NCBI GenBank assembly: GCA_039798465.1
Contig: JBDKGA010000056.1
Coordinates: 1-24,000, forward strand
Reading direction: 5' to 3'
Length of the DNA stretch: 24,000 bases
Origin: Candidatus Parcubacteria bacterium
Lineage (GTDB): Bacteria > Patescibacteriota > Minisyncoccia > Phycocordibacterales > UBA2100
Position 1 is the stretch's first letter, and each line of letters begins with the position of its first letter. Below the pieces are notes generated by a model that had not been told where the DNA came from, searched no databases, and was given only the letters and a program-made list of their open reading frames with translations. Shown one piece after another: positions 1 through 6,228 of the stretch. The position numbers and the translations under genes are program-made.

Positions 1-2
1 GA

Positions 3-131
3 GAAGTGGTCGTTATCACCGGAAAAGGTACTGATCCGTGGATATACGGCGCCAAAGGCGCACGAATACCGTGGAGTGATGCCGGTGTGGCGCGCGAAGA
101 GTTGCACACAGTGCTCGGCGCACGCGCTTGA
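3..131 (+). CDS. 3' end of an unidentified CDS entering from the left edge (partial)
   Basis: Frame 3 is open from the window edge to TGA at 129-131 (..EVVVITGKGTDPWIYGAKGARIPWSDAGVAREELHTVLGARA*). Composition is protein-like but I recognise no family. Frame 1 is also open to 159, so the frame choice is uncertain. Confidence 0.3.
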   Translation, partial: EVVVITGKGTDPWIYGAKGARIPWSDAGVAREELHTVLGARA

Positions 132-150
132 TACACCGAGCTCTATGCAG

Positions 151-156
151 GATACT
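151..156 (+). promoter_or_regulatory. -10-like hexamer GATACT, 6 nt upstream of the ATG at 163
   Basis: GATACT-tagagc-ATG. It has the same spacing as the other start-proximal -10 boxes in the window and no SD. This is the weakest member of the series. Confidence 0.3.
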
Positions 157-162
157 TAGAGC

Positions 163-1140
163 ATGCAGATGCTCGGACGAATATTGGTCGCACTCCTTAT
201 GTGCGCGCTGCTCGTATTTGGAATCATTTGGATTATGGGCGGCGGCCTGACACGCGCGCTTGCGTATGCGCGCACTATCAGTAACCCTCTCGATTTATTC
301 GTGGGGAACGCATCGGGTGAGGCGTTCAAACTCCCCGGACAACCAGAGCTGGTGAGCGGCCCAGATATAGGTCTCGCTGCCGGAACAAATTACGAAAACG
401 CAATACTTGATACTGATTACGGGGGCGTTGAACCTACACAACTTTCTACCAACCCACAAACATACGGCAACCCTTCGCCTTCGGCACAAGCAATTCATCT
501 GTCTTACGGCAGCATGGGAACATCTCCCTCAACAGAAGAATATCTATACCTAGAGGCAGACGCCGCTAACGCCACATCTATCTCGCTTGCAGGATGGTCT
601 CTCCAGAGCGCATATAGCAAAGTGCGTATTGCGCTTCCTCAGGCCGCCCCGCTGTTTGCACAAGGCATTGTAAACGCGGTAAAGCCACTGTCTCTCGACC
701 CTGGCTCAACTGCCCTCATAACTACAGGCACATCTCCGGTGGGAGTCTCGTTTAGAGAGAATCGTTGCAGCGGATTCTTGGCACAATTCCAAAAATTTAC
801 TCCTTCCATACAGTCGCGCTGCCCCTATGCGACCGAACTAATCCCTGACACCGCCGCAAATCGCGCGCAACTTGGCGACAGTTGTTTTGAATTTATGCAG
901 ACACTTCCTCTCTGCAGCTTCCCCACCCAAGCACCCGCAGATATTTCTCCTGCATGCCGCCAGGCACTGGTAGAAACACTCACCTACAATCGCTGCGTGA
1001 ATACACATCAGGCTGCGCGAGACTTCTACACATCGCAGTGGCGCATATACCTCAACGTCGCTCAGCCGCTCTGGCGCGAACACGACACGGTGCGCCTGCT
1101 CGACGCAAGTGGTCGCGTGGTAGATGTGCTCACCTACTAG
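163..1140 (+). CDS. Membrane-anchored protein with a lamin-tail-like (LTD) domain interrupted by a Cys-rich insert
   Basis: 325-aa ORF with an N-terminal TM helix (ILVALLMCALLVFGIIWIMGG). The segments EEYLYLEADAANATSISLAGWSLQSAYSKVRIALPQ..LDPGSTALITTG and the C-terminal HDTVRLLDASGRVVDVLTY follow the LTD strand pattern (E.vEl.N..v.LsGW.L ... d.v.L.d..G..vD.v.Y). A ~100-aa insert with 6 Cys lies between them. Confidence 0.7.
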   Translation: MQMLGRILVALLMCALLVFGIIWIMGGGLTRALAYARTISNPLDLFVGNASGEAFKLPGQPELVSGPDIGLAAGTNYENAILDTDYGGVEPTQLSTNPQTYGNPSPSAQAIHLSYGSMGTSPSTEEYLYLEADAANATSISLAGWSLQSAYSKVRIALPQAAPLFAQGIVNAVKPLSLDPGSTALITTGTSPVGVSFRENRCSGFLAQFQKFTPSIQSRCPYATELIPDTAANRAQLGDSCFEFMQTLPLCSFPTQAPADISPACRQALVETLTYNRCVNTHQAARDFYTSQWRIYLNVAQPLWREHDTVRLLDASGRVVDVLTY

Positions 1141-1598
1141 CGCGAGAAAAGAATAATTCCCGCCGCCACACTCACATTGAGTGATTCTTTCGCGCCACGC
1201 ATCGGAATTTCTATGAGCTCATCACAGAGTGCGCGAATATTTTGTGACAGTCCCTGTACCTCATTGCCAAAGACAAACGCAATTCGTTTTCCCACCTGCT
1301 TCTTTTTGTAGTTGTGTGCACGACTGTCTTGCTCCACCCCCACTATTCGCCACCCATCACTCTTTAGTTTTTTGAGAAGCGTAGCTGGTCGCGCGGCATA
1401 CTCCCATGGTACAGAATGTTCGGCACCCAGCGCAGTCTTGTGGAGAGTTTTATCGATGCGACCAAATCTATCGACGGGGCGCGGGGTATGGCCCGCCAGC
1501 AACACAAGCGATACTCCCGCCGCATCAGCCGTGCGGAATATCGAGCCCACGTTGTAGGCGCTACGTATATCCGGGAGCACTACCGCGACCTCTTGCAT
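1137..1598 (-). CDS. SpoU/TrmH-family RNA 2'-O-methyltransferase
   Basis: 153 aa. It has the SPOUT motifs: N-terminal IRSAYNVGSIFRTADAAGV, FGNEVQGLS, and C-terminal IPMRGAKESLNVSVAAGIILF (knot region). Confidence 0.85.
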   Translation of the reverse strand: MQEVAVVLPDIRSAYNVGSIFRTADAAGVSLVLLAGHTPRPVDRFGRIDKTLHKTALGAEHSVPWEYAARPATLLKKLKSDGWRIVGVEQDSRAHNYKKKQVGKRIAFVFGNEVQGLSQNIRALCDELIEIPMRGAKESLNVSVAAGIILFSR

Positions 1599-1605
1599 GC
1601 CTGAG

Positions 1606-1614
1606 AGAGTAGCA
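1606..1614 (-). promoter_or_regulatory. Extended -10 (TGcTACTCT on the minus strand), 7 nt upstream of the SpoU-methyltransferase ATG
   Basis: The reverse complement of 1599-1614 reads TGcTACTCT-ctcaggc-ATG. No SD is present. It lies in a 39-bp divergent gap. Confidence 0.5.
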
Positions 1615-1622
1615 TACGGCTG

Positions 1623-1631
1623 TGGTAAAAT
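1623..1631 (+). promoter_or_regulatory. Extended -10 (TGgTAAAAT), 6 nt upstream of the DoxX ATG
   Basis: TGgTAAAAT-gcacgc-ATG(1638). No SD. Confidence 0.55.
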
Positions 1632-1637
1632 GCACGC

Positions 1638-2039
1638 ATGCTCTCCCTATTTCCTCACATACTCTTTTTAGCTCCGCTAGCGATTACTGTCTTACGTGTT
1701 GTTCTCGGCATATATGTGTTCTTTGTGGTAAAAGACGTTCTCGCAAAACGAGGGGCAATTTCCCATGCACGACTCCCTCTTGTGGGACACGCACCCGAGT
1801 GGATGATTGTCGGATCGCTATCAGTATTTGCCGGTATTGGCGGCCTGCTTATCGTTGGCGCATGGACTCAGGCCGCTGCGCTTATCGCAGCCGCAGGATT
1901 TTTAAAACTCGCGATTTTTTCGCGTATATATCCGTCGTTTACCAGCTACCCTCAGAGTTTATACATACTCCTGTGTGTGGTTGCACTTACACTAGTATTT
2001 ACCGGGGCCGGGGCGCTTGCCATAGACCTCCCCCTGTAA
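1638..2039 (+). CDS. DoxX-family integral membrane protein
   Basis: 133 aa with four hydrophobic helices. The N-terminal LRVVLGIYVF and the C-terminal GAGALAIDLPL are typical of DoxX proteins. Confidence 0.7.
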   Translation: MLSLFPHILFLAPLAITVLRVVLGIYVFFVVKDVLAKRGAISHARLPLVGHAPEWMIVGSLSVFAGIGGLLIVGAWTQAAALIAAAGFLKLAIFSRIYPSFTSYPQSLYILLCVVALTLVFTGAGALAIDLPL

Positions 2040-2069
2040 GTCTGTCGATTTTCTGATATAAAGAAGGGC

Positions 2070-2145
2070 CCGCCTGTAGCTCAGTTGGTAGAGCAGCTCC
2101 CTTTTAAGGAGACGGTCGCAGGTTCGATCCCTGCCGGGCGGACCA
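2070..2145 (+). tRNA. tRNA-Lys (anticodon UUU), CCA encoded
   Basis: Hand-folded cloverleaf: acceptor CCGCCTG/CGGGCGG (one G-U pair), D arm GCTC-AGTTGGTA-GAGC, anticodon arm GCTCC-CTTTTAA-GGAGA, variable CGGTC, T arm GCAGG-TTCGATC-CCTGC, discriminator A, then CCA. It aligns closely to E. coli tRNA-Lys. Confidence 0.92.
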
Positions 2146-2149
2146 GGTA

Positions 2150-2175
2150 GAAAACATCCCCTGCGGGATGTTTTC
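2150..2175. terminator. Perfect 11-bp hairpin (GAAAACATCCC-ctgc-GGGATGTTTTC), probably a bidirectional terminator
   Basis: It lies 5 nt after the tRNA 3' end. A U-run partly within and after the 3' arm reads as a terminator on both strands. Confidence 0.6.
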
Positions 2176-2184
2176 TCACACTGG

Positions 2185-2399
2185 TCCGAGCCGGAGCGTT
2201 GTCGCTCACAGCAGTGAGCGACCGCGAGGCGTGCCCAGGCTGGCATTTTTCGCGGCGGCGAAAAATGAACAGCCTGGGGACAAGACAATCTGCCTGCGCA
2301 GGGTTTTTCTGTACGTGTCCGAGGCGGAGCCATGTTTCGCCAGCAGGCGAAACGGGCGAGCCGGGGTCGCAGAAATTTGCTAGCGACGGCTAGCAAATT
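2185..2399. ncRNA. Array of strong hairpins arranged as two similar modules (candidate structured RNA or protein-binding palindromes; strand unknown)
   Basis: Hairpins: 2201-2222 (8 bp, loop CAGCAG); 2234-2278 (9 bp + 10 bp, loop GGCG); 2334-2353 (8 bp, loop AGCA); 2374-2399 (11 bp, loop GACG). GTCCGAGsCGGAGC is repeated at 2185 and 2317. There is no credible ORF. Confidence 0.35.
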
Positions 2400-2430
2400 A
2401 TCTGTGACGACATTCTACGCACCATTTTGC

Positions 2431-3492
2431 TCAGTGCTGCGAATCTGGCACAAGTGCGTCTACGAGGTCTATTAGATTATTTTTTTCCGACTCGGGAACA
2501 GACAGTTCACGAGCGGCGGCGCGTGCGCGGTCGGAATACTCGCGCATGGCTCGAACAGTATCTTCTCGCGAAGATGTTTTACTAAAGAGGGAAAGAACCT
2601 CCTCGATTTCTTTTTGTGTCAGTTGGTGTGTTTGCGAATAGAGATTAAACAAACGCTTTTTATCTGCTCCTTTGAGCTGCATGTAGGCGGCAAGAAATGG
2701 GTACGTTCGCTTGTGCTCTCTTACATCACTACTGGTATCTTTCCCGGTAACCTCTTGCGTGTCCCATACCGAGCGAAAATCATCTGCCATTTGATAGGCA
2801 GTCCCGAGCGACATACCGTATTCACGCAAATGGTCGATTTCTTTACCTTGTTTGCCAGCAACGATACCAGCCACTTCTGCGGCAACACGCACGAGGGCAC
2901 CGGATTTTTTTCCTATCATTTCAGAATACCAGTCGAGCGTGACCACTTCGGAGTCAAGCGGCGACGTTGCTAGCTCGAAGTCCATGTATTGACCTTCGAT
3001 AACCTCGAGGAATGTATTGTGCATCGCGCGAACCAATCGCTCACCCGCCCCTGAACGCTCCCCCGCGATAGCGCACCTCTCTGAAGCAATGAGTGAAAGT
3101 GCATCACCAGAGTTAATGGCATTATTTACTCCCCACAATTTCCAAACGGTCGGCCTGTTGCGACGATATTCATCGTGGTCCTCTATGTCGTCATGAATGA
3201 GGGTAAAATTGTGAAAGAGCTCAATTGCGAGCGCGGCATCAAACGCCTTGTCTCTAACGCCATACGCCTGAGCTAAGAACAAACATAGCCCCGGACGAAA
3301 GCGCTTACCCGAGGAGTTCCCAATCTCGTGGAAATTCTCATCTGTAAACCCCAAAAAATACCTAATCATGTTGTAGTGGCTAGCAACGGGGCCACGGGCC
3401 CTGTCTACAAGAATTGCTTCGAGAGCCTCGTCAACATCACGCGCCGCAAATTGGAGCTCGTTTAAGCTGCTGTGTGTGTTTTTGAATGTCAT
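2431..3492 (-). CDS. Polyprenyl diphosphate synthase (trans-isoprenyl diphosphate synthase family)
   Basis: 353 aa. The first Asp-rich motif is LIHDDIEDHDEYRRNRPTVW. The second motif region is GTAYQMADDFRSVWD, with the last Asp of DDxxD replaced by Ser. It also has the KRFRP and GKKSGAL motifs. Its start overlaps the uppS stop by 4 nt. Confidence 0.88.
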   Translation of the reverse strand: MTFKNTHSSLNELQFAARDVDEALEAILVDRARGPVASHYNMIRYFLGFTDENFHEIGNSSGKRFRPGLCLFLAQAYGVRDKAFDAALAIELFHNFTLIHDDIEDHDEYRRNRPTVWKLWGVNNAINSGDALSLIASERCAIAGERSGAGERLVRAMHNTFLEVIEGQYMDFELATSPLDSEVVTLDWYSEMIGKKSGALVRVAAEVAGIVAGKQGKEIDHLREYGMSLGTAYQMADDFRSVWDTQEVTGKDTSSDVREHKRTYPFLAAYMQLKGADKKRLFNLYSQTHQLTQKEIEEVLSLFSKTSSREDTVRAMREYSDRARAAARELSVPESEKNNLIDLVDALVPDSQH

Positions 3493-4163
3493 ATGCCAAA
3501 GGTACGTGTTCTCTTCGCAAATTCTTCTAGTACACCATCGAGCTCTCTCTCGCTGAAATCAGGCCATAGAGTGTCGAGAAAAAATAATTCACTATAGGCC
3601 GCTTGCCAGAGCAAAAAATTGGAGAGCCTATGTCGTCCTCCTGTGCGGATAATAATATCTGGATCTGGCATGCCGCTCGTCCAAAGATGTGAAGCAAATG
3701 TTGACTCGTCAATATGTGCTGCCCCTAGAAGCGAGCGAGCAGTATCGACTATCTCTGCACGTGAGCCATACGAGAGACATACCCACAAAGTAAGTTTGTC
3801 TCCGTGAGAGGTCTTTTCTTCTATAGAAGAAATTAGCCCCTGGAGGGTTGCGGAAAAAAGTTTTCTTTCTCCAATGATTCTGACACGAACACCTATTTCA
3901 GCTAGATGCTCTGTTTCTTCTGCTAGCACGGCGGCCATAAGCTCCATGAGAGCAGCAACTTCTTCTTCGGAACGACCCCAATTTTCTGAGGAAAAAGCAA
4001 AAACAGCAAGGTGCTGTATGTTGCGTTGCGCAACCCATTGCACCGTATTCATGAGCGTTTCTTTGCCTGCTCGATGTCCCTCCAAGCTTGGCAATCCGCG
4101 CTCTTTGGCCCACCGACGATTACCGTCGAGTATGAGCGCGATGCACTGCATAGTGTCTTGCAT
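3489..4163 (-). CDS. uppS: Undecaprenyl diphosphate synthase (cis-prenyltransferase)
   Basis: Motifs ALILDGNRRWAKERGLP, FAFSSENW and IIIRTGGRHRLSNFLLWQAAYSELFF. I prefer the ATG at 4163; the ORF-track start at 4166 is TTG. Confidence 0.93.
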   Translation of the reverse strand: MQDTMQCIALILDGNRRWAKERGLPSLEGHRAGKETLMNTVQWVAQRNIQHLAVFAFSSENWGRSEEEVAALMELMAAVLAEETEHLAEIGVRVRIIGERKLFSATLQGLISSIEEKTSHGDKLTLWVCLSYGSRAEIVDTARSLLGAAHIDESTFASHLWTSGMPDPDIIIRTGGRHRLSNFLLWQAAYSELFFLDTLWPDFSERELDGVLEEFAKRTRTFGI

Positions 4164-4169
4164 CAAACG

Positions 4170-4175
4170 AGAGTA
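4170..4175 (-). promoter_or_regulatory. -10 hexamer TACTCT (minus strand), 6 nt upstream of the uppS ATG
   Basis: The reverse complement reads TACTCT-cgtttg-ATG(4163). No SD. It lies in a 57-bp gap after the upstream gene. Confidence 0.45.
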
Positions 4176-4223
4176 CTGCGCGAACGCGGTGTGGTCAATG
4201 CACGCTCGTGCGTAACCTGTACT

Positions 4224-5579
4224 TTAGTTTGAACCAAGCTGAACCGTTACGTAGTTGGTGATGTGTCCGCCTGCAGGTGTTGTGCACGATATGGTGTACG
4301 TAGTTGGGCCAGAAAGCGGCACCGTCGCGGCTCCGCCGGAGAGAGAGCTCTGGGAGAAGCTGCCATCGGGAGAAGTTTCGGTGCACGAGGTTACTCCCTT
4401 CGCATTCCAAAATACTGTTGTGCGAGCGCCAAGCGGCACAGAAGAAGGAACTGCCCAAATGTCTGCCTGTGGTTCCACGTAGGGACCAGATGAAGTGGCT
4501 ACTGGAGCGGCTGGCGTGGAGGGTTTTACTGGCGTGGTTACTTTTGGTTTTGTTGCTGTTGGTGCCGCTGTCTTTATCACGGCCGGAGCAGGAGCTGCAG
4601 GCGCACCGATAGCGTACCCGCGCAACTGGCACAAACTATCGAAGAAGGCGCTCGGAATGATTGAGGAAAGAAAGTTGCTCGCCCACGGCCTTCCCTGGCA
4701 CATACCCGACACGACACTTGTCGGCTGTCCGCCAGCTGCCGTTCCGTAGAAACCTGCCACTTGTGTGCCGTTTTTGGCATCAACATTGTTTACGAGCACT
4801 GTTACTCCATTGGTGGAATATTGAATATCCCCCGAAACACCGGGTGTGAGCGAGGCAGTACTGCCCTGCGGGACAGAAACAGGAGTCGCTGTAGTATTTT
4901 GTGTCGTTTGGGTTGTGCCAGACGTGTCTACACTTGTCGCTGGAGTATTCGTATTGGTATTAGTGCTAGTGTTCGTATTTGAGGAAGTGTTGGTGTTGGT
5001 AGTAGCCCCCGTATTCAGGCCCCCAGTGAGGAGAGAGCTTATGAGATCCCCTGCAGCCGAGCTCGAGGTGCCGGTGAGTTGATTACTTACTGGCGGCACA
5101 TATACAGCACAGGGGTCAGAAGACGGCGTTGTGACATTGTAATACTGGGCACAGCCCCCAAGTGTGGGGTTTGTGAGAGGATTTGATCCCTGATCTCCCC
5201 CGCCACCACCTCCTCCTCCGCCACCCTTCATCATGTCGAGAATGCTTTTTACTGCATCAAGTGCTTGCTTTATGTCACCCATGCCACCGTTTTGGCCAGG
5301 TGCCCCGGTGGCAAGACACTTGACGGCCGCGACACATTTTCCAGGTGTTGTATATTGATTTGTGGTATCTTGGCAGGGACATCCTTGTCCACCTGGCGGT
5401 CCTCCTTTTTTACAAACAACTCCACAAGGGCACCCATAGTCCCACGTAGGTATACACATTGCATCTGCCGCAGTGCCAACAGCCGCAGCTTGTTGCGGCG
5501 TATAAAGAGCAAACATTGCTAATGCGAGCGCAGTAGTCGCACAGCTCGCCCAAACCATCTGGGTGATAGAAGTCTTCAT
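4224..5579 (-). CDS. Secreted protein: signal peptide, Cys-rich head, Gly9 tract, Thr/Asn-rich linker, C-terminal Ig-like domain
   Basis: 451 aa. The signal is MVWASCATTALALAMFALYTPQQAAA. The head has 8 Cys in ~60 aa. Then come GGGGGGGGGD and TNTNTSSNTNTSTNTNTNT. The C-terminus (IWAVPSSVPLGARTTVFWNAKGVTSCT...GPTTYTISCTTPAGGHITNYVTVQL) matches the 'x-W-x-x-x-C ... TY-L-C' beta-sandwich pattern common in CPR surface proteins. Confidence 0.75.
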   Translation of the reverse strand: MKTSITQMVWASCATTALALAMFALYTPQQAAAVGTAADAMCIPTWDYGCPCGVVCKKGGPPGGQGCPCQDTTNQYTTPGKCVAAVKCLATGAPGQNGGMGDIKQALDAVKSILDMMKGGGGGGGGGGDQGSNPLTNPTLGGCAQYYNVTTPSSDPCAVYVPPVSNQLTGTSSSAAGDLISSLLTGGLNTGATTNTNTSSNTNTSTNTNTNTPATSVDTSGTTQTTQNTTATPVSVPQGSTASLTPGVSGDIQYSTNGVTVLVNNVDAKNGTQVAGFYGTAAGGQPTSVVSGMCQGRPWASNFLSSIIPSAFFDSLCQLRGYAIGAPAAPAPAVIKTAAPTATKPKVTTPVKPSTPAAPVATSSGPYVEPQADIWAVPSSVPLGARTTVFWNAKGVTSCTETSPDGSFSQSSLSGGAATVPLSGPTTYTISCTTPAGGHITNYVTVQLGSN

Positions 5580-5594
5580 AGTTCATTTATCGTA

Positions 5595-6221
5595 TCACAC
5601 GCTCGAAAGTACAAATCGCTCAAGTGCATAACTCATATCTTCTCCCCGACGACGTGCCTCGTGCGGCAATTCGGCGAGTGCGGCAACAAGGAGTCGGGCA
5701 CGGGCTGAATCATTTCGCGTGCACATTTGTTTGGCGCCCCAAAACAAAAGCCCGTGCACTGCTTCCGGTGCACTTCCCTTGGCGTATTCGCGCATGAGAC
5801 CGACCCACAACGCTTTCTTGTCTCCTGTTTGCAGTGCGTCGGCAAGTTTGAATATGGTCTTGTCTTCGGCAACCTTCACCACATCAAAACGTTCGCTGGT
5901 ATGAGCAAATTTTTCAAGTAGTTTACGTGTCGCCGCATCAAGCGCTCCTTCAAAAATCAAAAAGGTATCGGTACTCTCCTTCATACCGGGTAGTTCGCGC
6001 ACGAGAACTTCTTTTGACTCGCCTTCTCGTGATGAGAACAGACTATCAAGTACGACAACGCGCACTCCCCCAAAAAGCCCACTGCCCCCAAGCGCAGCGC
6101 TAATATCCGCCGGTGTGTGTGCATCAGTTACGCGGACAATAGTGCCTGTGGTATTTGCAATGACACGCTCAAGCGCCTCGCGTGCTTTGTTTCTATCGGT
6201 ACCAGAAAAGAGATATATCAT
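5595..6221 (-). CDS. holA: Short DNA polymerase III delta subunit-like protein (HolA-like)
   Basis: 208 aa. It has an N-terminal IYLFSGTD and then LFGGVRVVVLD. The C-terminal IFKLADALQTGDKKALWVGLMREYAKGSAPEAVHGLLFWGAKQM matches the HolA helical-domain pattern (f.l.dal..gd...al..l). It lies directly downstream of polA. It is much shorter than the typical ~330 aa. Confidence 0.55.
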   Translation of the reverse strand: MIYLFSGTDRNKAREALERVIANTTGTIVRVTDAHTPADISAALGGSGLFGGVRVVVLDSLFSSREGESKEVLVRELPGMKESTDTFLIFEGALDAATRKLLEKFAHTSERFDVVKVAEDKTIFKLADALQTGDKKALWVGLMREYAKGSAPEAVHGLLFWGAKQMCTRNDSARARLLVAALAELPHEARRRGEDMSYALERFVLSSV

Positions 6222-6228
6222 AGAGGTC

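Noticed and set aside
1992-2396. 134-aa minus-strand ORF, plus the 71-aa and 64-aa plus-strand ORFs, in the tRNA-downstream region
   Set aside because: The minus-strand ORF runs antisense straight through tRNA-Lys and the hairpin array. All three have Arg/Pro/Ser/Cys-rich, non-protein-like composition and no start signals. The region is better explained by RNA/DNA structure.
5197-5226. C-rich/G-rich tract (cccccgccaccacctcctcctccgccaccc), considered as a G-quadruplex or regulatory repeat
   Set aside because: It is simply the coding sequence for the Gly9 run of the secreted protein on the minus strand. I note it only as a possible slippage site.
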